The position numbers were made by a program, and so were the translations under genes. The notes under the pieces are model-generated. The model was not told the origin of the DNA, made no database searches, and was given only the letters and a program-made list of their open reading frames with translations. A DNA stretch of 64,000 nucleotides from Piedraia hortae CBS 480.64. Lineage: Eukaryota. Where the stretch lies: assembly GCA_010093745.1 (NCBI GenBank), contig MU005960.1:62001-126000 (forward strand). Direction: 5' to 3'. Shown piece after piece: positions 1 through 10,296 of the stretch. The stretch's first letter is position 1. Every line of letters begins with the position of its first letter.

Positions 1-2
1 GG

Positions 3-542
3 TCAGCAACGGCTCCCATTGCGCCCCAGCCTCAACCCGCATCCGCTGCATCCTGGAATCCTTTTCTCAGCCCGGCACGGCCGCAGCCGCAGCCCCAACC
101 ACAACAATATCAATCCTCAGCAGATCTCTTCGCCGCAGTCCATCAAGAGCCACAATCAATAGACCATGACACCAACAATCCTTTTCTCCGCAGAGCCACG
201 TCGCAGACTTTCCCCCTAAACACCAACCCCTGGGCGCAGCCCCAGCATCAATCATTCATCCAACCGCAGCATCAACAACAACAACATATCTTCACATCCC
301 AGCCCACATACTCAAGTCCGACTCCGGTTTTCTCACACGGAAGTCAATGGTACAACCCCCAAGCAAACTATACTCAACAGCAAGGTTTCCAGCAAGGAAA
401 CCCCTTCCAATCGCAACCGCAACAGGCTGTTAGTCATAATGGCACGAATCCCTGGCAGAGTCATCCGACGTCAAATGGATACGTGACACAGCAGGGGTTC
501 CATCAGCAGCAGATGGGTGGGTATGGGGTTTATGGGCCGTAA
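3..542 (+). CDS. 3' end of a Q/P-rich endocytic adaptor-type protein with NPF/NPW motifs (possibly a Gts1-like ArfGAP); 5' part outside the window
   Basis: Open frame from position 3 to TAA at 540-542, translated by hand: WNPFLS...NNPFLRRATSQTF...NPW...GNPFQ...NPWQ...YGVYGP*. NPF motifs are EH-domain ligands. Confidence 0.6.
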   Translation, partial: SATAPIAPQPQPASAASWNPFLSPARPQPQPQPQQYQSSADLFAAVHQEPQSIDHDTNNPFLRRATSQTFPLNTNPWAQPQHQSFIQPQHQQQQHIFTSQPTYSSPTPVFSHGSQWYNPQANYTQQQGFQQGNPFQSQPQQAVSHNGTNPWQSHPTSNGYVTQQGFHQQQMGGYGVYGP

Positions 543-665
543 TTGGGAATCCTCTGTAGAATTTGACAAATCGTTGGCTGCATTGGTAGCTCATCACTGT
601 ACAGGCTAAATTTCAGAACAAAGTAAACATTAACCTAAGCACTATTCACAACTCAACGGGGTAAC

Positions 666-694
666 TTTTTTTTTTTTTTAAAAAAAAAAAAAAA
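666..694. repeat. T14-A15 homopolymer palindrome between convergent 3' ends
   Basis: T at 666-679 followed by A at 680-694. Confidence 0.9.
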
Positions 695-721
695 TCATCA
701 CACGTTGATATAGAGTACTAT

Positions 722-3031
722 TTACTTCCGCAGGAAGACAGGCACATCGCTGAGGTCGAGGCCGTATTCTTCCTGTCGAGCGACGCTCTTGCGTCGTCCC
801 TCGCTTCCGCTTCTGCGTGTTCCGGCTGAGCCTTGGAAGCCTGAACCGCGTTCCCAGCCGTAGCCTAGTCCGCCGCTGTAGCGGTCGTAAAAGTCTAGAG
901 AGTCTGTTCGGGTCGGGACCGAGGTGCTGTGTAGCGAGGCGGAGCTCTCGTTGGCGCCTGTTAGCTTGGCGAGGCTTTCGGCTCGTGAGCGCTCCGCTTG
1001 GCTGGCTTGGGAAGGGGAGTAGGCTCTAAAGACCTTGGGAGGAGCGTCTTGGGAACTGGTTTGGGGACGGGGATCCCAGGACTTAACTGTGACGAAGGTT
1101 GAGGTGGAGGTTGAGCAGCGGACGCTGGGTCGGAAGTTCTCCTTGTTTCCTTCCCAGGAGGCTGCAGGGGGAGTCACATAACGGGAGACGACGATTGAGG
1201 GCGAAGGTTCTGCTTGGCCATCTTCTGGCACCTCCTGAACCCCTTCTGGTCGGTGCTCCTTTTGCTGTTTCTTTCGCAGCTTCTTGTCTGTCCTCGGTGA
1301 TTCCACCTCGACGCTGTTGCGCGCTGATGCCGCGGGCGTGGACCTCGCGCTGTGGAGCTTCTTGGCGACGAGCTCATCGGCACGGTGCGTCAGCGCCTCG
1401 AAATCGGCCGGAAAGGCGGGCATGGGAGGGACGTCGGTGAACATGCTCTGGGGACGGTGCGGCATCACCGGCACCTTGGGTAGATCAGCCTCCGCCTTGG
1501 AATGCCACTCTGGGAACCGATCTTCCACCAGAACCGACAGTTGCGGCTTCTTCTTGGAACTCTGGGCGGGCGTTGCCATCCGCGGCTTGTCTTGCCAAGG
1601 CTTGTCGGCGTGCGCAAAGTCGCGACTCTTCATGCGCGCCAGTTCAGACGCCATTTCCGGCGTCATGCCCTTGTTCCGCGGCCTCAGCCAATTCGGTCCC
1701 AAGGCAAGCGGCGATGGTTGTCGGGTGTTACTTGTGGGCGCGTTGCGTGCCATTTCAGAAGCCACGCCATACAGTCCAGCGCCAAGAGCTCGTGCAGTGG
1801 CATCCATGTCATCCATGTGACTTGAAGGCATAGTGGGAATCGTCTCGGGACGTCCACCAGGAAGTGACGGACTGCGGCTGAACTTTTTTGTCCACGATCG
1901 GGACAATTCTGGCTCGGTGTTGACGCGGTCACGACTCTTGGACCGCCGTCGGACGAACGAAGGCCGCTTGGTAACACTCTTTTGGGGTATCGGGACTCCA
2001 GACGGCTCGTCCTTCCTCCGCTCCGGCATGGGCTTGTGCAACTTCTTGTGCGTCTTCTCAGGGCCCCAGCTCTGCGTCGAACCTGTCGAGCCAACCGTGT
2101 CATTCGATCCCCACACCGCGGGAAAGGCGCTGGGCGGCAGACTAGACCGCTTGTCTGACCGCAGCGACTGCAGCTTATAGAAAGGGGAACTCTTCTTGGG
2201 CTTCGCCTGCTCCACAATAGACGACGTCGACGATCGGAACTCTTGTTGCGGCGGCGCATCAGAGCTGTAACCGCTGTCTCCGCTGCCCATGACCTGCAGG
2301 TGGCCAGCATCTGGCCGCAATGAATCTCCAGTAAGCCGGGCTAGAGCTGTGCGGTTCGAGTGCGGGTGGTCTTGATCACATTCGGTGCTAGATCTGGCGG
2401 GTTGGGCGGGTTTATAATCGGCAGAACTCCGCGGCGACTGGTCCAAGGGCGATACGGTGCCGATGCCAGAGTTGATTGGCGGTGTCTGGATCCCAGAATT
2501 CTTGACGCTTGGCTGCCGCATCTGCGCTGCCCATCCGGCGGCATCCATTGTCTGGGCGCGTCGTGGAGTATCCATATCCGGTAAAATTGAGCTCGGAGCT
2601 GGCGACGCGCATCCGTTAATGATGCGGAGGGTGCCGGGGCGATAGGCTCCCATGGCATATTCAGCGTCAGAGGGCGTCTCGGAGCGGCTCATGGGCTTAA
2701 CCGAATCATCCGCCAGGTCGAGGGCGGCCAGGCGGGCCACCGAGTCAGACGAAACGTCATTGTGGATCCACCCGTTGCGTCGCTCGGCCTTGACCTGTCT
2801 GATGTGCGACTGAACCTCCCCGGGCTTCCGCAGCACATCCTCACTGCATCCACCGCGAGTAGCCAGCCCCGGCGGTAGACCAGAGCGGCGGTGATAGGGA
2901 GACTCTTTTACTTCTCTCGTCGGCAAAAGGGCGCGGTGGAGGGCGACAAGTTCCTCGGGCGATGCCGTCTTCTTCAGCTGCTGCAGTAAGTGGATTGCTC
3001 GCTCGACGTCAATCGTGTCGACGTCGGCCAT
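722..3031 (-). CDS. Hypothetical S/P/R-rich fungal protein, 769 aa
   Basis: Long ATG-initiated ORF. Short conserved-looking blocks (PEELVALHRALLPT, GTLRIINGCASPAP, DRYSGGLGYGWERG, YGLDLSDVPVFL) sit in low-complexity sequence. Function unknown. Confidence 0.8.
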   Translation of the reverse strand: MADVDTIDVERAIHLLQQLKKTASPEELVALHRALLPTREVKESPYHRRSGLPPGLATRGGCSEDVLRKPGEVQSHIRQVKAERRNGWIHNDVSSDSVARLAALDLADDSVKPMSRSETPSDAEYAMGAYRPGTLRIINGCASPAPSSILPDMDTPRRAQTMDAAGWAAQMRQPSVKNSGIQTPPINSGIGTVSPLDQSPRSSADYKPAQPARSSTECDQDHPHSNRTALARLTGDSLRPDAGHLQVMGSGDSGYSSDAPPQQEFRSSTSSIVEQAKPKKSSPFYKLQSLRSDKRSSLPPSAFPAVWGSNDTVGSTGSTQSWGPEKTHKKLHKPMPERRKDEPSGVPIPQKSVTKRPSFVRRRSKSRDRVNTEPELSRSWTKKFSRSPSLPGGRPETIPTMPSSHMDDMDATARALGAGLYGVASEMARNAPTSNTRQPSPLALGPNWLRPRNKGMTPEMASELARMKSRDFAHADKPWQDKPRMATPAQSSKKKPQLSVLVEDRFPEWHSKAEADLPKVPVMPHRPQSMFTDVPPMPAFPADFEALTHRADELVAKKLHSARSTPAASARNSVEVESPRTDKKLRKKQQKEHRPEGVQEVPEDGQAEPSPSIVVSRYVTPPAASWEGNKENFRPSVRCSTSTSTFVTVKSWDPRPQTSSQDAPPKVFRAYSPSQASQAERSRAESLAKLTGANESSASLHSTSVPTRTDSLDFYDRYSGGLGYGWERGSGFQGSAGTRRSGSEGRRKSVARQEEYGLDLSDVPVFLRK

Positions 3032-4040
3032 GGTTGCTACTCGTTCATTGAGGTGCAGAAGTCTTCAGGCTGAGGTCATTCAGGGAAGTTGGAAGTGGCG
3101 CATGTGGAGTTGGCTGTGACGTGTGGCTGGGGGGCCGCGGTTCCGAACGCGAGGCCTAAGGTTGTTCACTGCGACTCCGTACTTCCGTTGCTCCGCTGCA
3201 CCGCCTACGTCTGCTGTGCAACTCTGGTCTTTTGTTCACGACGCGCAGAAAGTAAACACTAAAACGCCAAAAACGCCATCAATAAACACCGCCGTTTCTC
3301 GCATCCACCCACGTGAGATGTGGCGAGCACGTGTCCGTCCTAGCCCCCATGCGGCCAAGTGCGGGGATCTCCAACCCAAATTAGCTGTCAAATTGGACAA
3401 GTTGGATCTGCCGGACAGCGCTAACCAGAGTCGGCATCGCTCATCTGTTTCACCAGCAATGACGTCTGAAATGGATGCCTCTGCAACGGAGAAAAGGGCG
3501 ACTCCGACATTGATCGCCCGTTAGGTCCATTTGAAACTCTATATAGGTGTCTCAAGCCAATTCATCTAATAGCATCTGCCGTTCCTGTCAATGACGTTAC
3601 CGCGCCCGAATGCCGGTGAACCCTGCCCGCAGACGCTGTTTTCAAATCCAAGCTTGGGCCGTTCCATCCTGAAATGTCCGAACATCAATATCTCCCTTAT
3701 TCGATAGCTACTATGCGGTGCGCTATTACCTATTAGCGCGACGGATATCGGCACAACATTGATCATATGAAATTCGACTCAAGCCAGCTGTCCATCTTCC
3801 ATATAGGTCATGTGTTCAATACCTCCTGTTACCGGCCCTGTCTCAGCTTGAGTCGCCCATCTCCGCAGTCAAAACTCCCATGTCTTCGACAGTTTGATAT
3901 TTGTGGTCTGCAACAAAAGCTGGACTTGAGACCAACCTCCCCCTTACTAAGATAGTAGAATAACAGAACAAACAAATGACAAAACCGGCACAGAATGGTT
4001 GAAAACACGCAATACCACTATCCAAGTAGCAAAGTAGCAC

Positions 4041-4892
4041 CTAACTCCTCCAAGTGGGATCATCACAATTCGAGTCCGAAAACCGATCCTGATTCTCCCC
4101 AATCTCACTTTCCTCCGTCTCCGTCTCTTCCACCTTCTCTTCAGCTCCCTCCTTCTCAACCCCCAATCTCTTCGAAGCCCTCGTAACCCTCTTCTTCGAT
4201 CCACCACCCTGCGAAGCATTCCTTCCCTTGCCCACTTCCTTCCTCTTCGGCTGGTACTTATACCCCGAATACATAATCGCATGCACTCTTTTCTCCTCGT
4301 TCGCACGATCGAAAAACTCTTTGCGGGTTTCAGCACTCGCATCCCTCCACAACTTGCCAATCACGGCTGAAACCTGACCGGTAGAAGCTTGTCCGTTGGT
4401 GTCTCTAAGCTGACGCATGACTTGCTGGCTATGTGCCTGACGGAAGATGATGAATGCGTTGCGGGGGCGTGGGATTTTTTGTTCCGATGAGGAGCTGCAC
4501 CAGGAGCTTGATGATGGCGAGGGGCGAGCGCGTTTCGTGCCATGGGGGGTGGTGAAGGCGCTGCTGGGTTCAGCTGGGGAAAGTGATCCGCCCGCCGGGG
4601 GTGGAGGGAATTCAGGGACGGGGTAATACCAACCTACGCTGGGGTTCCATACCGGTTGCTGGACTGCCGATGCCTTTGGGATCGGCGGGTCAAATTGGGG
4701 GACCGGCTGATTGCCGAACTGCGGAACCAGTTGACTGATGAACTGCGGCTGGCCAAGCAATCCGTGAGCAGCGAGAGCCTCTTGAGTGGGTTCGAAACCG
4801 AAAAGATTGAGATCGAGGCCCAAGGTCTCGTCCTGTTCGGAGCCCAGTGCCTGGCGGGGAACGGTGGAGAAGTTGTTAAACTGCTGAGACAT
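4041..4892 (-). CDS. HMG-box transcription factor (MATA_HMG/SOX-like class), intronless
   Basis: KIPRPRNAFIIFRQ...VSAVIGKLWRD...EEKRVHAIMYSGYKYQPKRK is a sequence-specific HMG box. Q/P-rich N-terminus, acidic tail. Confidence 0.88.
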   Translation of the reverse strand: MSQQFNNFSTVPRQALGSEQDETLGLDLNLFGFEPTQEALAAHGLLGQPQFISQLVPQFGNQPVPQFDPPIPKASAVQQPVWNPSVGWYYPVPEFPPPPAGGSLSPAEPSSAFTTPHGTKRARPSPSSSSWCSSSSEQKIPRPRNAFIIFRQAHSQQVMRQLRDTNGQASTGQVSAVIGKLWRDASAETRKEFFDRANEEKRVHAIMYSGYKYQPKRKEVGKGRNASQGGGSKKRVTRASKRLGVEKEGAEEKVEETETEESEIGENQDRFSDSNCDDPTWRS

Positions 4893-5009
4893 GATCAGAT
4901 TGATGTTCCTGCTGGGTATGGGGATACTCTTGATTGGGTTTGGATGCTATTGCTGACGGTGATGATGTTGATGCTCAATGTTCTGGAAAAGTGGGAGACT
5001 GAGGGAGGA

Positions 5010-5017
5010 TTATATAA
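5010..5017. promoter_or_regulatory. TATA-like element upstream of the HMG-box gene
   Basis: Palindromic TTATATAA about 120 bp upstream of the ATG at 4892, followed on the minus strand by a C-rich leader. Confidence 0.5.
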
Positions 5018-5170
5018 CCGATCTGCTGGTTCTTTGAGGCAGACTCGACAATGGAATGAATGGGAAATGCACTTGGATAAAGGTCTTTGTGCAATGCTTT
5101 ATCCAGGCGTTTTTGACACGATGATGCGAGTTTTGTACACGAGAATTTATTGATCTCAACCCTTTCACCC

Positions 5171-5533
5171 TCAATGGCTTAGTGAACTCCTTCCCTTCAA
5201 CATGCGTCGTTTCAAGATCTTCCTTCCTGTTCTCGTCCGAATCCTCGAAAGAAAGCCGTGTCTCCTCTTCCGGATCTTGTGTGATGGATTGTATGTGTCT
5301 CGTTTGGCGCCGCGAGTTTGCACTATGGATGTTGTGACTGACATTGTACTCGGTGTCGCAGAAGGTGTGAAGGTGACTGGCGACAATGCCGGACGTCTGG
5401 GCGCGAGGGCAAAGGATGAGATTCCTCGGGAGGCGATGTGAACTGCTGATAATGCAGGAACTTGCAGGTTTGTGTATCTCCGCGGTGCTGCGATAGCTTG
5501 CGCACACCGGAAAAGTCTCGTCACCATGGCCAT
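5171..5533 (-). CDS. MRPL34: Mitochondrial ribosomal protein bL34m
   Basis: C-terminal [44 protein letters not shown] is the L34 signature, preceded by an R/S/A-rich presequence. Confidence 0.93.
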   Translation of the reverse strand: MAMVTRLFRCAQAIAAPRRYTNLQVPALSAVHIASRGISSFALAPRRPALSPVTFTPSATPSTMSVTTSIVQTRGAKRDTYNPSHKIRKRRHGFLSRIRTRTGRKILKRRMLKGRSSLSH

Positions 5534-5734
5534 TACTTTTGCTGGTGGAAGAGATGGAGCGAAGGTGTCGGCCGCTACCCCAGATTTGGCGGAAGCGGGA
5601 CGGCTCGGGCCGAGCCCTCTGATACCTCACTCAATATTTTGGCAGAGGGACACAGAACTCAGCGGCAGGTCAGGTTATAGAGAAATTCTTCGGTGGAGCA
5701 TCCTAATATACCCACATCCTACTACTCGGCCAAA

Positions 5735-6271
5735 ATGAAACCTGTTCCACCGTCTTTTGTTCCGCCAAACTCGGAGCGAAATCTCTCGCAAGAGCAAGCA
5801 CAAAACATTCTCTCAAGCTTTCTCCAGGCAACAGCGACGAAGCCTTATCTACACCCCGATGCAATGTTAAACGCATCAGGAATCACTTTTTCAGCAACCT
5901 CGGGGTCAGAAGGCGGTTTAGAGATTCACCACCTTAAGAGAATAGAGAAGGGACTAAACGGTGAGATATTAGAAAAGGAAAAGGTTCCGTGGGCTCCTGG
6001 AGCGGAATTAGGTGCGGCAGATGCTGGTGCATACATTGCTGCGACGGCCGGGTCACCAGCCATCGGACTCCCCAAAGCCATCACAGCCAAACTACCAGAG
6101 GGCGACGACGCACGATTAGATGAGCTTGCAGAACAGTTTAGCTCGAGTAAGAACCGAGTCTTAGTCGAAGTTGAAGAAGACACAGGGAGAAGGGAGTTGA
6201 CCAAAGAGGAGAAGAAGGCAAGAAAAGCCGCCAAAAAAGAGCGGCGGAAAAAGGAAAAGTCGGAAAATTAG
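5735..6271 (+). CDS. RPA14: Probable RNA polymerase I subunit A14-like protein
   Basis: ATG at 5735. LSQEQAQNILSSFL...LKRIEKGLNG resembles the two helices of yeast A14 (VSTDEVLQFLESFI...LKRIQRDFKG, from memory). Lysine-rich tail. Confidence 0.6.
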   Translation: MKPVPPSFVPPNSERNLSQEQAQNILSSFLQATATKPYLHPDAMLNASGITFSATSGSEGGLEIHHLKRIEKGLNGEILEKEKVPWAPGAELGAADAGAYIAATAGSPAIGLPKAITAKLPEGDDARLDELAEQFSSSKNRVLVEVEEDTGRRELTKEEKKARKAAKKERRKKEKSEN

Positions 6272-6284
6272 ATTTTCCATATAT

Positions 6285-7445
6285 CTATGTACGAATCGAC
6301 CAAGCCCAAGTCATCATCCTGCGACACTTTTGTTCCACTCCTGGCACACATCTATGCCAACTTTTCGCAATCCCCCGAACGGTATCCTTTAACTCGCACC
6401 TGCTTCCCAGCACGGTCCCAATATGCAGATCTGTGAGTGAGGGAAAGAGCAGCTCCTGATGCAGCCCCCCTACCCGCTCAATCCAGAGCTGTCTCAAGGA
6501 CGAACAGTTGGCATCCAAGCTCGCCAGCACCCTTCCCGAAACGAGATCCCTAGTCCTCAGCTCAAAGCTCTCCAACCCCCTCATCGACCTGAAAAAATCA
6601 CCCCAATCCTTGTCCGTAAGGGTCATAATCCCCCGCGGATTTGCACTTAAAATCCTCAATCGACGCAATCTCTTCACCCCCTTCAACTTCACCACTTCTT
6701 TCCTCCCGATACTCATCCACCCCTCCTCTGGTCCTTCAATCGTCAAATCCTCCAGCAGCTCCAACGTCCCTATCGCCTCAAAAATCCACGTTAGCGTCCC
6801 TCCTCTCTGCGCCGTAACCCTCAGCTCTCGTAAATCACTCCTCGCCCTTCTCAAATCCACACCCCCCTCGCAAATCATCTGTGCATGCTCCTCGGCACAA
6901 ACCCTCACCACCTTAACCTCATCCCCTACAACCCCAAGTAACTCCCTGCCCCTCCCCTTCAACCCACTCACATCAAGCACACTCACCCCGCCCATTAGCC
7001 CCACAACCTCACCCACCTCATGAGCCAGAATCTCAAACCCCGAAACGCGAAGCATCCCTACCCTCCCCGTCGTCAACTCAATCCCGGAGCGTTTCATCCA
7101 AGCGAGCGGATTTTCCCCAAACGACAATCCACAATGTAGATCCACAGCCTCCAAACTCTTGAACCAGGAGGGTTTTAGTCCCACATCCCAGTGTCCGCCG
7201 GTTGTTACCACTAGAGTGCGGACGTTCCACGCGTAGAACTTTTTTCGGGAATAGGAGAGGGACTTGAAGCGCTGCCCGTCGACACGCGACCAGAGAAGGG
7301 CGGTGCCGTGTTCGGAGAGAGTGTGCGATGTGAGGATTGGGGCGAGGAGGTGCTCCGTGGGGAGGTGCATGAGAATTTGGTGGAGGAGGGGTGGGGGGAG
7401 GGTTTCTATGTGTGGCATATTGTTGGGGTTTTTGCCGTTGTTCAT
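6285..7445 (-). CDS. F-box/LRR-like (RNI-like) protein, intact, 386 aa
   Basis: N-terminal F-box-like IETLPPPLLHQILMHL...ALLW, then LxxLxL repeats (LLEDLTI, LRRLRI, LESFEL, CSSLRQLWI, FPSLTDLHI). Confidence 0.75.
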   Translation of the reverse strand: MNNGKNPNNMPHIETLPPPLLHQILMHLPTEHLLAPILTSHTLSEHGTALLWSRVDGQRFKSLSYSRKKFYAWNVRTLVVTTGGHWDVGLKPSWFKSLEAVDLHCGLSFGENPLAWMKRSGIELTTGRVGMLRVSGFEILAHEVGEVVGLMGGVSVLDVSGLKGRGRELLGVVGDEVKVVRVCAEEHAQMICEGGVDLRRARSDLRELRVTAQRGGTLTWIFEAIGTLELLEDLTIEGPEEGWMSIGRKEVVKLKGVKRLRRLRILSANPRGIMTLTDKDWGDFFRSMRGLESFELRTRDLVSGRVLASLDANCSSLRQLWIERVGGLHQELLFPSLTDLHIGTVLGSRCELKDTVRGIAKSWHRCVPGVEQKCRRMMTWAWSIRT

Positions 7446-8249
7446 TTTTTATTGCTTGTGTTGCTATTGTTGAGTTTTGGGAGAGGTCGGGGATGGTTTT
7501 ATTTTCGTATGCGTGACAAGTGTCAGACCCGAGGGCTTGGGATGTGTATGACTCGGTTGGTTGAGGCTGGGTTTTTGGGGAGGGGGAGGGGGGAGGGGGG
7601 GGTTCGCTGGCTGGGGTGGATGGGGTTTGATGTCTGCTGGTGAGCAGTTGGATCTTGACGGAGGTCTTGCATCGCGGATTTGGTAATGAGAATTTGTGAG
7701 TCAGGCTGATTCGGGCGCATTCGCTGCATTCAGATGATGGGACGAGACTGTCCCTCCGAACACCTGACGGCAAGAGGTTGGGAAGTGCGCTCTTTTCCAC
7801 GACACAGTCGTTGGTCGTGAACTTTGAGATGCACATATCAGGTTTTACAGAGTGGGTTTTAACTCGACGATGGATCTTGGTTTCACGCTACTGGGGTCAG
7901 TGCGCCAAGCACCAAGATATGGTCTCAGCACTGCGATATATTGAGATTATTACAGCTATGCCTGCATCTCGACTCAAGAACAAAAGTCTGTTACTATTCC
8001 GATCATTGTCAAGGCATTGCAAGAAGGAAATCGGTTTGGACTGCTTAACATATATGAATCACTCGTTTGGGCGCACGCTAAAGCCGTCAAGCATATTGGA
8101 AAGCTTAGTTGACCAGTGTGTCACAGATCTTAGGCAACCACTTCGTTATGCGTTATCCCCTGCCTATCTGGAGTCTATATACGCCATCCTCACGTCCCTT
8201 GTCTCTTTTTCCGAGCTCCCAGCCAGCCTCCCCTATCGCTCCCAAGCTC

Positions 8250-10090
8250 TCCCTCATCAATCTTGGCCTTTCGCCTTAATGATCATGTCTATGTCCAATC
8301 AACACCCATTATCACTTGTTCCCTTGTGGAATATATCCACTCTGCGGTTTGTAAGCATCGTCCAGGGCACATCTTGAGGATTGCATAGAGATGGGCTGGC
8401 ATATTGCTCCTCGGTTCGCACGGCTCCTACCCAAAGCAGAGTTATAAGCCAACTGGAATCTAATTGGTGAATGGACACCAACAGTGATCGCTCAGTGGCG
8501 CAATGAGATAAGGCTCGATACACCTCGAGACGTCAACGATGAAGATGGAGGAAGATCACCCAAAGATCGAGTGAACGATCGATCGATGGGAAAAGATCGG
8601 AGAGAGATGAAAGGGTGGATCGATGAAGATGTGGAAGTGAGATCTGAAGGAGATGATCGATACTCTCACCACCTGGCCTCATATATCTGCTTCCCAGTGG
8701 TATGACGTACGCCCGGGGTTATGGCATCAGACACCCTAGCCTTAATGGACAGCTCCGAAGAGTTTCAGTCGCTTTGAAGGCAGCGGTGAGACGACGAGTG
8801 CTCCTGGCAGTTGGGAATGATTTGGCGGCTGCAGATGTGGCATTAGCAGGCCAACCCCCCGAAGGCAGTGGTATTTGTCGGTCGCTCAACAAGCTGCACA
8901 TGAACAACGGGCGCAGTAGTTGGGGCAAACACCGTTGGCTCTTGAGGCTCTTTTCCCGAGTGCAGTTCCAGAGGATTTGACCTCATCAGCAGCATGGTAA
9001 AGACTCCAGAAGGAAGAGAGGCATTAATGGCGCATGTTCGTTTCGAAAGGAACTGGAGGCGCATGGCATTGTGCGGCCATCTCCATCAGAGCTCTGGCGG
9101 CTTGCTGTTGACCAAACATGTCGGAGTCTGTGATGATATTGTTCTTGAGAGGAAAAGAGTGGGTCCCGGGTCATGGTAATCATGCGACTCTTGATGTCCC
9201 CTTCATCCCAGAATAGATCATCTGCAAAGACTATGAGGTGTATAGTGGCCCCATCTTGATTGTCCTCCAATGTGGGACCTATCCTAACCTGACAATTCAT
9301 GAAATCATATGTCGGAGGCATTAATTCCATGACCAGAACGGCGCTGCTAGAGTGCAGGATGTGGAGTGTCAGGTCACTGGACTCTGACTAGAGGTGAATT
9401 AATTTATTTGTGTGTGTGCACATGGATCTGCGAATATTACATGGCAGGCACTGGCTCGCGCTCATGCTAAGCCAATCCCTGCCATCGTGAATGCACGACA
9501 GCATGACTGAGACAATGACTTGACAGAGACAAGGGCTCTTCTCTGGAAGTAAAAGCCCTGGAAAGCCGCGGCCTCTCCATACGGCCAACCAACAACGAAT
9601 GACGGTGAAGCTGAACACACGAACAGCGTTGAATGGTCATACACGAGTCTTGTCTTTGCAATCCGAAAGTGTGGCTTTATCGGAGGTTAAGTCTGTAGAC
9701 CTCTAACAGTAGGGCCTCCCCGTCTTCGCATGGCCAGTCGACCGTACCGATTTGGCACTTTGCTATCTGCGCTAATCATGTATTTGCTTTGTCGCCAGCC
9801 GTGAGGGGCGGCAGAGATTCTTCCAGCTCTCGCTTTCCCTGGCTCACTCATTTACTTGCTCATCCACGCCCACTAAGGCGTTGCATTACTGCAGAGCGTG
9901 ATTGAAGTAGATAAATTATGTTGTGTTTCGTTTCTTGCGAAGGTATGTGGGGAAAATGTGTCCGAGTCTAGCGCCGGCATGGCGACAAGCCAGGAGATGG
10001 GCTGAGCACGTTGATCTGTGACTAGGGGAGGTCAAAATGTCGCGCCTTTCCTGCTTTGGTAGTCGACCCACCAGCCGTCTTGACAGCAGT
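8250..10090 (-). mobile_element. Degenerate non-LTR (Tad/LINE-like) retrotransposon ORF2 relic
   Basis: Frameshifted minus-strand fragments occur in LINE RT order: LGHIFP, LPEKSP (resembling PQGSPLSP), LIVFADDL (about 9230), ALGKRASRANG/PQLLRPLFMCSLL, RRLTAAFKATET (resembling ITGAFRTTP), TAEWIYST. Boundaries approximate. Confidence 0.6.
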
Positions 10091-10296
10091 TAAGTCGTAC
10101 CTCAGCAGGCCTGCATCCGCCACGTCTGAACACGAGCCCTACATAGCGCCTGAAAATCTGAGTTGTATGTTCACGATACAGCGGAAAACTTCATTTCACA
10201 TGGCAACATATTTTTGAGTCTGGCCACCGAGGGAATAGGGCAACAGAGTGATGGTGATTCGGCTTTGAGTGGGTGAGCCTAGCAAGGGATAAGCGG

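Noticed and set aside
8480..8660. GATCGA-rich stretch as a repeat array
   Set aside because: Irregular spacing, no unit-spacer structure, and it lies within the LINE relic.
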